Counted from the stretch's first letter, positions 18,933 to 30,248 are shown. The stretch is 64,000 bases of DNA from Candidatus Cloacimonadales bacterium (GCA_963662585.1 OY759729.1:928001-992000); one strand, 5' to 3'. Notes: generated from the sequence alone by a model not told the origin. A program made the numbers and translations.

Positions 18933-21900
18933 ATGAGAAAATATTTATTGCCTTTAATTTGTCTTTTTACTTTAGCTCTTTCAGCAAATCAATATATATT
19001 TAATTATACAGATAACAATACTTTAGAAACAGCCTTTTACGGACAGACAGGCCAAGCTAATATTCAATACAAGCTTTTATATTATTTGCTCCCCTTAGAT
19101 GAAGAAGTGATTTCAATAAATATAACTAATCAGAAATACCAATCTCAATCCAAGAATATTCCTATATTCCCTGGCTATGCTTCTAACACTGATGGACAGA
19201 TTGGTGAAGCTAAGCAAGCACCTTCTCCCCTATTCCCAAGCCAGCCAAATATCACATATCAAAGTTACTATAAACAAGGAATCCAAATTTTAATAGCTAA
19301 AATACCTCATCAAGTATATCATAGCTCTGAGAAGAGATTAGATATCTTACAAGAGGCTCAGATAGAAATTACTACTAAATTAAGAGTTACAGCTTTTGAG
19401 AAATCCAGATTCTTAACTAATTTAAGGGATTTTCATAAACTTACAGAGAAGCTTATAGTCGAAGAGAGAGTTAGAGAATCCTACTATACTTACTACGCAA
19501 ATCCGGATTATTCTCCACGAAATAGCTTAGGAATAGAGCCTGCAGAAATGCTTATTATCTCACCATCAGGCTTACTTACTGACTGGCAAATTTATGCAGA
19601 TTATAAAACAGGCTTAGGTGTCTCTACTCAAGTTGTCGATATCAGCAATATAACTTCTAACTTTAGTGGCAGAGACAACGCTGAGAAACTCCGTAATTTC
19701 CTTATAGAAGTCTATACAGAGTGGTCTAGTAACGAAACACCTCTCAGTTTTGTTTTACTAGGAGGTGATTTAAATTTAGTCCCAGCGAGATTACTCAGAA
19801 TTAGAGCTGCTTATAATAGTTCATGGAATAGCAATAATGTCTATTCTGACCTCTATTTTGCTGCTTTAGATGGTGATTGGGATAATGACAGTGATAACCT
19901 CTTTGGAGAAGGAGATTTTGCTCAAGATATTCAAGCTACAGGAACAAGTGGTGAGGAAGCAGATTTGTTTGCAGAATTAGCAGTTGGAAGAATTCCTGTT
20001 GAGACAACTGATGAATTAGAAAATTGGTTTAATAAACAGCAAGACTATGCTTCAGCCCAAGTTTCAGAGCAATTCTACGAAAAGGTCCTACTATTAGGAG
20101 AATATCTTGGTTCTTCTATTTATGGAGCACCATCAATGAATGAACTAGCTAATAGTCTGGCAGACTATTCTATACAGACCCTCTATTCTCAAAATAGTAC
20201 CTTCACTGAAGCTAACCTAACTTCTGCTATCAATAATGGTGTATCACAAGTTCATCACCTAGGACACGGCTCAACTACGGCTGTATTCTCCATTAGTAAC
20301 AGCGATATAACGAATAATTTTGTTAACCAGGATTATCCATTAATCTACACCCAAGGTTGCCATACTGCTAATTTATCTACTAATGATTCTATCGGAGAGA
20401 GTTTTATTCTTAACCAAAGAGGAGCATTTGCTTATATTGGTAACACTTCTTATGGATTTTATAGCAGTTTTGAAAATCAAGGTCCTTCCCAGCTTTTTCA
20501 TCGAGAATTTGTTGATGCCTACAGCAATGAAGAGATTAGTGAAATTGGGTTTGCTTTTACTGATGGTAAAGAAGACTTAGTAGGAATCACTGATCAGACT
20601 GGTACTAGACGCTATGTTTACTTTGATAATATCCTCTTTGCAGATCCATCCACAGAGCTTATAAAGGGCTTGGAAAGTGTTGAAATTGAACAAGTATCTG
20701 ATAACTCCATTAAATTAACTTTCTCTGCAAGTATGACTAGTGAAGTTTTAGATACTAATAATTACACCATTTATCAAAGAGATGCAGTAACTACAACTTA
20801 TCCTCTTGCTTCAGTTTCTCAACAAGGTGATGATTATTTCCTTAACTTCTCATCAAATTTACCTGCAGGTATTCCGCTAAGAATTACTATAGAGAATATT
20901 CCCAACCTACTTGATCCTACTGTAAAATTAATAAAACCACTTTACACAATTAAGGAGTCAAGTGTTATAAGTCCCACTGTGTGGCGGGCTGAGGAGAGTC
21001 CTATTTATGTTTATAAACATCAGATAATCAACAGTACCCTCACCATTGAGCCTGGTACAGAAATTAGAGTCAATAGCGACAAAAGTTTTTACCTCTATTG
21101 GGGTGGTAAGATTCAAGTTGATGGAGATTCTCTTAATTATGTAACCTTCACATCTTACTCTGACGATTCACTTGAAGATGATAAATGGACTGATTTTACC
21201 TTCATGATGGAGCCATCTCCTGATTCCTATTTTAATTATGCTATGATTAAGAATAGCCAAAGTGGCATCTGGCTAGATAGTCTTAGCACAATAAACCTAG
21301 ATCATGTAAGGTTTAAAGATAATGAAAATTATGGTATTTACGCTAAGCATTCTACTGTAAATGCAAACTACTTAGAGTTTTCAGGAATGACTAATAGCCA
21401 AACTGCAGCTTTTAGGATAATCGGAGGAAACCAAAATCTCAAGCATATTACTTCTACTGAGAATGCTGGCTATGAACTATTAGTAACAGATTCAGCTCAG
21501 ATGATTTTAAGCAATAGTATTATCTGGGGAGAATCAAATTTTGATAGTGAATACCTAACTATCAACTATTCTATACTTCCTGATGAAATGTCTGGAATCT
21601 CAAATTTGTCTTCTAATCCTCAATTTGTATCAACTACTAATTTAAAGCTACAGAGCATTTCTCCTGCCATTAATTCAGGTAACTCATCCCTACTAGATCC
21701 TGATAACACTATCACTGATAGAGGTTTTTGGTATTATTATCACCCTAATAATTTTGAGGCCACGATTGTCCTCAATTCCTCTCCTAAAATCATTCAATTT
21801 AAGAATTTATCTTTAGGCGAATATGATTCAGTGGAATGGGATTTTGATAATGATGGTCAATGGGATTCAAGTGATTTATCACCTCAAAGAATTTACTTAG

Positions 21901-22229
21901 AAGAAGGTAATTTCGATGTTAAGATGAGATTAATCAAGGATAATTTCCAAGAAGAGGTAATTATTTCAGAGTTAATAAATCAGACTTTTCTGCCTCTTCA
22001 AGTTAATTTCCCAATCAATATCGCCATTGAATCTAATCAAATTGAATTGAGCTGGGATTCGGTTACTAATAGCGACCTTTATCGTGTCACTGGAGGAAGA
22101 GAGCTAAACTCTGACTTTTCTTCTCTAGCTATTCAAGAGGAAACTAACTACCAAGTTGAGCTCCCAGAAGATAATGTTAAATTCTTCCAGATTATCCCTC
22201 TAGAACAAGTAATAGATATTGCTGATTAG
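18933..22229 (+). CDS. C25 cysteine peptidase with beta-helix and PKD domains
   Basis: ATG 18933 after GAGGT; LLGGD, VGRIP, GHG and QGC dyad; 'LTIEPGTEI' beta-helix; 'SPAINSG'; 'WDFDNDG' PKD. Confidence 0.85.
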   Translation: MRKYLLPLICLFTLALSANQYIFNYTDNNTLETAFYGQTGQANIQYKLLYYLLPLDEEVISINITNQKYQSQSKNIPIFPGYASNTDGQIGEAKQAPSPLFPSQPNITYQSYYKQGIQILIAKIPHQVYHSSEKRLDILQEAQIEITTKLRVTAFEKSRFLTNLRDFHKLTEKLIVEERVRESYYTYYANPDYSPRNSLGIEPAEMLIISPSGLLTDWQIYADYKTGLGVSTQVVDISNITSNFSGRDNAEKLRNFLIEVYTEWSSNETPLSFVLLGGDLNLVPARLLRIRAAYNSSWNSNNVYSDLYFAALDGDWDNDSDNLFGEGDFAQDIQATGTSGEEADLFAELAVGRIPVETTDELENWFNKQQDYASAQVSEQFYEKVLLLGEYLGSSIYGAPSMNELANSLADYSIQTLYSQNSTFTEANLTSAINNGVSQVHHLGHGSTTAVFSISNSDITNNFVNQDYPLIYTQGCHTANLSTNDSIGESFILNQRGAFAYIGNTSYGFYSSFENQGPSQLFHREFVDAYSNEEISEIGFAFTDGKEDLVGITDQTGTRRYVYFDNILFADPSTELIKGLESVEIEQVSDNSIKLTFSASMTSEVLDTNNYTIYQRDAVTTTYPLASVSQQGDDYFLNFSSNLPAGIPLRITIENIPNLLDPTVKLIKPLYTIKESSVISPTVWRAEESPIYVYKHQIINSTLTIEPGTEIRVNSDKSFYLYWGGKIQVDGDSLNYVTFTSYSDDSLEDDKWTDFTFMMEPSPDSYFNYAMIKNSQSGIWLDSLSTINLDHVRFKDNENYGIYAKHSTVNANYLEFSGMTNSQTAAFRIIGGNQNLKHITSTENAGYELLVTDSAQMILSNSIIWGESNFDSEYLTINYSILPDEMSGISNLSSNPQFVSTTNLKLQSISPAINSGNSSLLDPDNTITDRGFWYYYHPNNFEATIVLNSSPKIIQFKNLSLGEYDSVEWDFDNDGQWDSSDLSPQRIYLEEGNFDVKMRLIKDNFQEEVIISELINQTFLPLQVNFPINIAIESNQIELSWDSVTNSDLYRVTGGRELNSDFSSLAIQEETNYQVELPEDNVKFFQIIPLEQVIDIAD

Positions 22230-22294
22230 ATTTCAAGTTGACAGCATACTTTCTTATGATTTTCTGACCAAAGAAAGAAAAATAAGGAAGTAAA

Positions 22295-23407
22295 ATGAAT
22301 TATATAATTACCGGAAAAACATTTAACAGTAGTTTTATTGAAGATTTAGCCAAAAGAGAAGATATCACTGCCATGAGTGGTGAAGAGTTATCAGCGAGTA
22401 ATATTACATTTTGTTCAACCGATAAAGTCTATGTACCTTCTGAAACTTCACTAAGCATAGTTATGGAAAGAATGGAAGATGCTAACTATATTAATGGTAT
22501 CAATAAACTCAAGAATAAATATTTCTGTAGAGAAGTTCTATCTAATCTCTATCCTGATTTCTATTTTGCCAAAGCCTCCCTCTCTGAAATTCCTAACTTA
22601 GATTTACAAGGTAAAAAAGTAGTTATTAAGCCTTTAAAAGGTTTTTTTGGTACCGGTGTAAGAATTGCTGAACCAAACTGTGATTTAACTGCTCTAGCTG
22701 CTGATATGAAGCAAGAAGTTCAAGCTAATGCCAAATTCTTCCCAGAATCTATTCTTACCCAAAATGAATTTATCATTGAAGAGTTTATTACTGGTGATGA
22801 GTATGCAGTTGATATGTTTTTTGATGAAGCAGGTAAGCCTGAGATTATGAATATCTATTTCCATCCAGAACCAGCTATCTCTGAATATTTCCATCTTATG
22901 TATTATACTAACAAGGAGATTTTTGACAACTATTTAGTAACATTCACTAATTTCTTTAATGAACTAAATAAGATTATAAATTTAAAGAGCTTTCCAATAC
23001 ATGCTGAGTTTAAACTTCAGGATGGAGTAATGCTTCCTATTGAACTTAATCCTATGCGCTACGGTGGATTTGGGCTATCAGATTTAACCTTCAACAGTTT
23101 CCAACATCAACCTATTAGTGCTTACTTTGATGACAGCCCTGCTAACTGGGATGCTATTTGGGAAATTAGAAAAGAAAAAAATTATGCCTGGATTTTAGGT
23201 TATAATGGTAAAGATGTTGATATTAATAAAATGCCCCCAAACCATGATAAGTTTAAAAGCCACCTTAATGCTAATAGTAATATCATTGATTATGTTAAGT
23301 TAGATCACAAGGCTAACCCTGTTTTTGCCTTAGCTTATATCTATAATAAAGATTTAAATAAACTTAAAGAACTACTCACTACTGAGTTTAATAGCTTTTT
23401 TGGGTAG
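22295..23407 (+). CDS. ATP-grasp domain protein
   Basis: VIKPLKGFFGTGV, IIEEFITGDEYAVD, HAEFKL, IELNPMR motifs. Confidence 0.85.
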   Translation: MNYIITGKTFNSSFIEDLAKREDITAMSGEELSASNITFCSTDKVYVPSETSLSIVMERMEDANYINGINKLKNKYFCREVLSNLYPDFYFAKASLSEIPNLDLQGKKVVIKPLKGFFGTGVRIAEPNCDLTALAADMKQEVQANAKFFPESILTQNEFIIEEFITGDEYAVDMFFDEAGKPEIMNIYFHPEPAISEYFHLMYYTNKEIFDNYLVTFTNFFNELNKIINLKSFPIHAEFKLQDGVMLPIELNPMRYGGFGLSDLTFNSFQHQPISAYFDDSPANWDAIWEIRKEKNYAWILGYNGKDVDINKMPPNHDKFKSHLNANSNIIDYVKLDHKANPVFALAYIYNKDLNKLKELLTTEFNSFFG

Positions 23408-23612
23408 CTAGTGTTATGAAGTGCAAGCACCCCGTCTGGGAAATACCCCGCCACCCCTCCGCGGGGGTAATTGAAAAGGGGAACCTTCTTACATTTCAAC
23501 ATTTGAGGCGGAGAGAATCTCCACCGTCCGACAGAAGAGGCTTACCAACATACATTATCTAGATTTTCTTATCAATCTTCATCAGTTTTTCGGTACCTAA
23601 GTTATTTTCTTC

Positions 23613-24051
23613 GGCTCAAGTTCAAGTCTGGTGGAAAGATGAATTTATAACGAAACAGTTTAGTTAATAATAATGGTTAAAATATCCCTGAAAGGGATTA
23701 ATAGATTAGCCTGGGGTAAGATCCTATAGGGATCGTCACCCCAGGTACAATATCCAAAAATACGAACATAACCCTGTAAGGGTTTAATAGAAGAGTAACT
23801 GATTTATATAATAAAACCTTTGTATATATATTATTATTAAACCCTTACAGGGTTACACTTTTTATGTACATCATAAGCCAGGGTTGCAATCCTTTGAGTC
23901 TTCGCAAAGCTACGCCCTCACAAGTCAGGATTAAGTCTTATTTAGCATAAAAACTTCTATCTCTTGTATACTATAAACCCTAACTTACTGTAAAGCAATA
24001 ATAAGGTGCAACGAAATGCTTAATAATTTCCACCAGACTCGAACAAGAGCC
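23613..24051. mobile_element. Non-autonomous MITE, ISL3-like ends
   Basis: 25-bp TIRs GGCTCAAGTTCAAGTCTGGTGGAAA / TTTCCACCAGACTCGAACAAGAGCC (3 mismatches), flanked by TTTTCTTC on both sides (23605-23612, 24052-24059); no ORF in track. Confidence 0.88.
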
Positions 24052-24091
24052 TTTTCTTCTTACTGAAATTAGGATAATTAGTGGATAATAA

Positions 24092-24127
24092 AAGATTAAA
24101 GCCCCACTTAAGTGGGGCTTTAATCTT
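24092..24127 (-). terminator. Perfect 36-bp palindrome, probable terminator
   Basis: aagattaaagccccactt|aagtggggctttaatctt between convergent genes. Confidence 0.75.
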
Positions 24128-24172
24128 CGTATTTAGAGAATTGCCTGCAAAAATGCAAGCACTCCCAGTATT

Positions 24173-27112
24173 CTATTTCATCAAAATCATTTTCTTAGTA
24201 GAAGAATACTTTCCACTTCTCATTTTGTAGAGATATAATCCTGAAGCAACTTCTTTATTACTATCATCTCTACCATTCCAAACTACACTATGTCTACCAG
24301 CACTGAAAATATCATTAACAAGAGTTTTTACCTTCTGACCTTTGATATTATAAATATCTAAGTTCACTTGACCTGAGTTTGGTACTTGGAAAGAGATATT
24401 TGTTTCAGGGTTAAATGGATTAGGGTAGTTTTGCATTAAGCTCATAGTCATTGGAGCTATATCATTGTTTTCATTAGCTACTGAAGTGAAATCGAGTAAT
24501 TGTGCATAAAATCCAGAAATATTTTCATTATATTGAGACCAAACACTTAACACTCTCTGGTCTGGTAATTTGACGAAATCCAGTATGTATATTTCTGGTA
24601 ATTCACCTGCTAATTCTGATCCATCAGCAACATATATTATGTCGCCATCAGAATTCATCAGATTATATTCATAATTAACACCAAAGTCAGAGTCATCCCG
24701 CAAGCCAACAATAATATAACCATCACCTACATCCTTAATGAAGTTATCGTACCATCCACCATATTCTATCTCATTATTTAGTAAAATACCTTCCTCGTCC
24801 CATAATTTTTCACCTGAGTAAGAAAGTTTTTGAACTTTCATTTCAGTCACAGTAAAATTAGTTTCACTCCAAACAATATTAATCTCATCAGTAATCAGAA
24901 TTTCAGTGTTCGTGATATAGATTTCATTTTGTGTAGTAGAATTATCAATAACAATAATTGAGTCATCCCAATATTGGTTTCCACTATTGGTTATTCCTTG
25001 AAGAAAGATTTGATGATCTGTATTCCAGATATAGAACAGATTATTATTATCATCAGCAACAAATTTTTGGTCATTTCCAATAAGGACTAAATTCTCTTCA
25101 AGGAAATCACCTTGATCAGTAATTTTAATTGCTTTAAATGTTTGATTGTTTGTTTTGATTATGCAATAATTATTTACTGTATTTTCAATTCGGTATTGAG
25201 AATAAGTTGAACCTTGGGAAGTATCTATAGTATAGGGTTCTCCCCACTGTAGATCATTATTACATTTAATTCCGTTGATATATTTTTCATTTGCGGAAGT
25301 ATCTTCAATCAACCAGCTAACATAAAATGCATTATTATTGGTGCTTACGGATAACTGTCTTAGTGATTCCAGCGAAGAATTAATCTCTTCTCCATATTCA
25401 TTGCCTAAAAGGCTACCATCACTATCAATAATACGGCTCATAATCACACCATAACTGTCTGCATTCCAAACTATACAAATTTGACCTGAATCATTTTGAA
25501 CTACGGATATATATCTGATATCATAATCTTCTTCTGTAAGGTTCGAATTAGTAAATTCAGCTATATCAAGACCACCTTCTGTTAACTCATAACTTCCATC
25601 TGAGTTAATAATTTGATATTTTATTTTATAGTTCATATTGAAAGTATAATCTAACCAAATAATCACACTTCTTTCAGAATCAGGTAAGTGAAAGGCATAA
25701 TAATAATATGAAAGTCCTCCAGTTATACTATGTATTATAATTTCATTCTCTTCACTAATTGCACTTTGGAGATTATCATCAAAAACTTTTTGCACTAAAT
25801 TCCTGAAACCATCACGAAATTCAAATGATATAATGATTAATTCATTGTTATAAGCTAAATAGGAGTCAAACTCATAGCTATTAAATTGATTAATCAGTAA
25901 TCCACTATCGTCAGTTTGAATATCACCATTTGAATCTATTTTAATCAATTTAAAATCGTAATCAATATAATCTGAATCCATTTCACTATCTATCATCATA
26001 GTAAAATATAACTCGTCTGAATTTGTTGCAATAATATCTATATTATCTTTAGAAAAATTACTAATACTATCTAAATATATTCCTGAATTATTCCATACTT
26101 GGTAAAGATTTTGATTTAAATTTATAGCATTCCATGAGTATTCAAAATTGGAGGAAATCAAGGATTTAGAAATTATGAATAAATTTCCATTATCATTTGT
26201 AGCGTAATTTATGATGTAGAATGGGTAAGGACTTTCCATTAATGGAACATTAGCTATATATGGGTCTATTTCACCAGTTAAAGATATTTTTCTTACATCC
26301 AAAGTTGCAATAGAATCTTCAAAGTCATCTAAAATTAAATAATAGCTATCAATATTATTATATACTATTCTTAATTTTCTTCGATCATTTTGTGGGAAGT
26401 CTAAGGTGATGTTTTGATTCCATAAAAGTACACCTGTAGTGTCAAATCTCGTAACAGAAACAAAATTGGGATCTACTTCAATATCAACAATGATTAGACT
26501 ACCATGACCATCTGAGATAATTTGATTGCTGTAGCTTATATTACCTAAGTCTAAAGCATCGTCTGTTCCACCCCATTGATTTATGCCATTACTATCTAAG
26601 CTTTTAGCCATAGTTGTATCATTGAGCCATGTTATCACTGCTCCTCCATTTTCATTTGGAAAAAGCAGAATCCTATCTTCCGAACCAACATCAAACTGGT
26701 CTGAAACAAAAACTCCGTTTTCTGACCATAATAGATTACCAGATTCATCAATCTTTTGAGCCATAATGCTCTGTGGATTTTCATGCTCTATCCAAGTTAC
26801 TATGAAGCAATCATCATTAGTAGCTATAATTCTAGAATCAGTTTGATTGTAGTTAGACTCAGCTAGCAACATGGGTTCTTCAGACCAAAGTGGATTTCCT
26901 TGATTATCAAACTTCATGATGCGGATTTGGCGACTACCATCTTGGATTTCAGACCAAACATGAACTATTGCATTATCATCTGTAGCAAGTGAAGACCATT
27001 TGTTCCATTCTAAATTTTCGTTATCTCTGATAAGTAAAGGTTCATCCCATACTACTTGACACAACAAAACATTAGCTACTAACAGTAAAACTACTGAAAA
27101 AACAAGTTTCAT
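24173..27112 (-). CDS. Secreted repeat (probable beta-propeller) protein with CTD, paralog B
   Basis: Signal peptide; repeats 'AQKID.SGNLLW...G'; NYPNPFNPET CTD. Confidence 0.8.
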   Translation of the reverse strand: MKLVFSVVLLLVANVLLCQVVWDEPLLIRDNENLEWNKWSSLATDDNAIVHVWSEIQDGSRQIRIMKFDNQGNPLWSEEPMLLAESNYNQTDSRIIATNDDCFIVTWIEHENPQSIMAQKIDESGNLLWSENGVFVSDQFDVGSEDRILLFPNENGGAVITWLNDTTMAKSLDSNGINQWGGTDDALDLGNISYSNQIISDGHGSLIIVDIEVDPNFVSVTRFDTTGVLLWNQNITLDFPQNDRRKLRIVYNNIDSYYLILDDFEDSIATLDVRKISLTGEIDPYIANVPLMESPYPFYIINYATNDNGNLFIISKSLISSNFEYSWNAINLNQNLYQVWNNSGIYLDSISNFSKDNIDIIATNSDELYFTMMIDSEMDSDYIDYDFKLIKIDSNGDIQTDDSGLLINQFNSYEFDSYLAYNNELIIISFEFRDGFRNLVQKVFDDNLQSAISEENEIIIHSITGGLSYYYYAFHLPDSERSVIIWLDYTFNMNYKIKYQIINSDGSYELTEGGLDIAEFTNSNLTEEDYDIRYISVVQNDSGQICIVWNADSYGVIMSRIIDSDGSLLGNEYGEEINSSLESLRQLSVSTNNNAFYVSWLIEDTSANEKYINGIKCNNDLQWGEPYTIDTSQGSTYSQYRIENTVNNYCIIKTNNQTFKAIKITDQGDFLEENLVLIGNDQKFVADDNNNLFYIWNTDHQIFLQGITNSGNQYWDDSIIVIDNSTTQNEIYITNTEILITDEINIVWSETNFTVTEMKVQKLSYSGEKLWDEEGILLNNEIEYGGWYDNFIKDVGDGYIIVGLRDDSDFGVNYEYNLMNSDGDIIYVADGSELAGELPEIYILDFVKLPDQRVLSVWSQYNENISGFYAQLLDFTSVANENNDIAPMTMSLMQNYPNPFNPETNISFQVPNSGQVNLDIYNIKGQKVKTLVNDIFSAGRHSVVWNGRDDSNKEVASGLYLYKMRSGKYSSTKKMILMK

Positions 27113-27314
27113 AACTATCCTCCAACCTGGAAATTTGTAAAACTTTAGAAAAATTTTGTATTTTGGTCTTATCTAAATACCAAGTACCTAGCATAAGCGT
27201 CGATACATTTTTTTCATGAATTCAACAGGGAGTCTCATAGAAGAGTTCCCTAGTCTAAGTCATCCCTTTTCAGGGTTTCAAGGGGCCTATGGTAATAAGC
27301 CCCTTGGTTATTAT

Positions 27315-30248
27315 CTATTTCATTAAAATCATTTTCTTAGTAGAAGAATACTTTCCACTTCTCATTTTGTAGAGATATAATCCTGAAGCAACTTCTTTAT
27401 TACTATCATCTCTACCATTCCAAACTACACTATGTCTACCAGCACTGAAAATATCATTAACAAGAGTTTTTACCTTCTGACCTTTGATATTATAAATATC
27501 TAAGTTCACTTGACCTGAGTTTGGTACTTGGAAAGATATATTTGTTTCAGGGTTAAATGGATTTGGATAGTTTTGGAGTAAATTCTCAGTCATTGCTACT
27601 GTTTCATTAGATTCAATATCTACAGAAAGGAAATCATTCATTCTAGCGTAGAGTCCACCTTCATATAAGGAAGTGAATAAAAGGTTATAACCTTGTAAGT
27701 TGGTAATTTTAACAGTAGTGTTACTTAGAAAAATACCATCATAGTGTGTACTATAACCATTAAAACTTACCCCACCATTACTATTAATAATATTTAGTTT
27801 ATCACGCCAATAACCATTAATAGGTTCTTTCCAACCTGCAATAAAATATCCATCATTCATCTCCTCAAGTATAGATACATTAAAGTACTCTTCCCTTGTT
27901 GAAAGTAAAATTCCTGCTTCCTGCCACAATTTGTTACCTGAAAAATCAAGTTTTTGAGCTTTTAATTCAATATCAGAATTTTCTGTAGATTGACTCCATA
28001 GTATATTAATTCCATCATTAACAAGAATCTCAGGATATTTAGCTTCAACATTAACTTCTGAATCAGAATGGAAACTGATTTGAACAGGAGAATTCCAATA
28101 CAGTTGATCAGAATCAGTAATTCCTTGAGCATAAATTTCGCCCCCAACATACCAAGTAAAGAAAAGGTTATTATCTGCATCACAATCAAACTTATATTCG
28201 TAGCCCATAAAGACTTGGTTAAGTTCAGAGACGCTTCCATCGTCGGCTATCTTATAAACATAATGTAGTTGATTGCTTTTTTTAACAACACAGTAGTTAT
28301 TTATAACCTTATTTAATTCAAAAATTGAGCCTGTAGATTCATCAATAAGTTGTGGAGTCCCCCAGGCAAAATTATTGTCTGTTCTTGTAGCGTAAGCAGC
28401 CTTATCATTTCCATAATAATTTGAAGACATATAGCTTAGATAGAAATCATTATTATATGAACTCATTGATAAATCATATACTTTTTCATAACTTGTAGAA
28501 GAATAAATTTCTTCACCAAAGTCACTACCTAAAAGTGAACCATCAGTATCAATGACTCTACTTCTGGCAAATAATCCATTTTCTTCAGATATCCAAGCAA
28601 CACAAATTTGGCCTAAATCGTTTTGAGCTGTGGTAATTTTGTAAGGGATATATTCATAATCACTAGTTTCATTTAGTGTAAAATCAGCAATATCACTACC
28701 ATTTTCAGCAAGTTCTATATCACCGTCAGAATTGACTATTTGATACATAATCTTGTTGTTCATCATGTTCTTCTTATCAAGCCAAATTGTTACTGTCTTT
28801 TCAGATTCAGGTAAGAAGTAAGTGATATAATCAGTATCATAGACATACCCTGTAAGACGATGACTAATAATCTCACTATCTTCCGGTAGAAGGCTCTGGA
28901 GCTGGTCATTAAGCACAATTTGTCTAAGATTTGTATAACCTTCAGTTAACTCTTTCCAAGTTATGAATAGATTATCATTATCGCCACCATAGCCTAAAAA
29001 TAAAGAACTAGAAATATCCCCAATCTGAGTTAGCACTAATCCACCTTCATTAGTCTCAATAGTCCCTTCTGCATTTATCTTAAATAAGTTAATATTATAT
29101 TCAGGAGCTAAAGGTCCTGCCCCATTGACAGTCAAATTAGTTATGTATAATTCTCCTGAATCACTAGCATCAATTTCTAAGGAATTAAAAATAAGAACCT
29201 CAAGTGAGTCTAAGAGAACTCCTGATTCAGCCCAGATATGATTCAAATTTGCATCTAATTTGAAAGCACGCATAGTAATATAACTATCAAGATAATAGTA
29301 TATTGATTGACTTACTAGAAACAAATCCCCATTAACATTAGTTTTGTAATCAAGAAAGTACATTTGAGTAGTACCATTCATTAAAGGAATGTAGTTAACA
29401 CTTGTAGATAATTCTCCTGTTAATGATAATTTTCTTACCGCTATTTGAGTAATTTGATTTTCTAATTCTTCTAACATAACATAATAGCTATCAATATTAT
29501 TGTAAATTATTCTTAGTTTTCTTTTATCATTCACCTGAAGATCTAAATCAATCTCTACATTCCAGGAAACTTCACCAGTAGAATCTAATCTTTTCGCATT
29601 CATAATATAAGAATCTTCTTCTGTATCGACAATAATAAGACCACCATGCCCATCTGAAGATACTTGATTATTATAAGATGTATAACCGACATTTATGCCA
29701 TCATGACCCCATTGAGGTATACCATTGCTATTTAGACTTTGAGCCATGGTATCATAGTCAATCCAAGATATTATAGCACCACCATTTTCATTAGGGAATA
29801 GTACTAATCTATGAGGAAAGTCCTCGTTGTATTCAGCAGGAATGATAACTCCAGCATCTGCCCAAAGTTTATTACCAGAAAAATCTAACTTTTGTGCTTT
29901 GATAATAGTTTGGTTATAATAATGTTCTAACCAAGCAACAACATAACCGCCATCATTCGTTCTTGTGATTTTTGCATTCCATTGATTGTTGTAAGATTCT
30001 GCAAGAAGAAAAGGTTCATCGTCCCAAAGAGAAGTGCCATCACCATAGAATTTCTGGACTAAGATTCTTCCAACTCCAAAGTTCTTTTCTGACCAAACAT
30101 GAACGATATCATTACCACCCGATGTTACTGAAGATTGATTCCACTCTAAATCGCCACTCTGCCTAATTGGTAAAGTGGAATACCAGGAAATTTGACCACA
30201 CAAAATATTTGCCATTAACAACAAAACTACAGTTACATAAAGTTTCAT
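27315..30248 (-). CDS. Secreted repeat (probable beta-propeller) protein with CTD, paralog A
   Basis: Collinear with 24173..27112; 'AQKLDFSGNKLW' repeats; CTD. Confidence 0.8.
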   Translation of the reverse strand: MKLYVTVVLLLMANILCGQISWYSTLPIRQSGDLEWNQSSVTSGGNDIVHVWSEKNFGVGRILVQKFYGDGTSLWDDEPFLLAESYNNQWNAKITRTNDGGYVVAWLEHYYNQTIIKAQKLDFSGNKLWADAGVIIPAEYNEDFPHRLVLFPNENGGAIISWIDYDTMAQSLNSNGIPQWGHDGINVGYTSYNNQVSSDGHGGLIIVDTEEDSYIMNAKRLDSTGEVSWNVEIDLDLQVNDKRKLRIIYNNIDSYYVMLEELENQITQIAVRKLSLTGELSTSVNYIPLMNGTTQMYFLDYKTNVNGDLFLVSQSIYYYLDSYITMRAFKLDANLNHIWAESGVLLDSLEVLIFNSLEIDASDSGELYITNLTVNGAGPLAPEYNINLFKINAEGTIETNEGGLVLTQIGDISSSLFLGYGGDNDNLFITWKELTEGYTNLRQIVLNDQLQSLLPEDSEIISHRLTGYVYDTDYITYFLPESEKTVTIWLDKKNMMNNKIMYQIVNSDGDIELAENGSDIADFTLNETSDYEYIPYKITTAQNDLGQICVAWISEENGLFARSRVIDTDGSLLGSDFGEEIYSSTSYEKVYDLSMSSYNNDFYLSYMSSNYYGNDKAAYATRTDNNFAWGTPQLIDESTGSIFELNKVINNYCVVKKSNQLHYVYKIADDGSVSELNQVFMGYEYKFDCDADNNLFFTWYVGGEIYAQGITDSDQLYWNSPVQISFHSDSEVNVEAKYPEILVNDGINILWSQSTENSDIELKAQKLDFSGNKLWQEAGILLSTREEYFNVSILEEMNDGYFIAGWKEPINGYWRDKLNIINSNGGVSFNGYSTHYDGIFLSNTTVKITNLQGYNLLFTSLYEGGLYARMNDFLSVDIESNETVAMTENLLQNYPNPFNPETNISFQVPNSGQVNLDIYNIKGQKVKTLVNDIFSAGRHSVVWNGRDDSNKEVASGLYLYKMRSGKYSSTKKMILMK

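Noticed and set aside
24173..27576. Diversity-generating retroelement TR/VR pair
   Set aside because: Both copies are coding CTDs, protein is unchanged and no reverse transcriptase is present.
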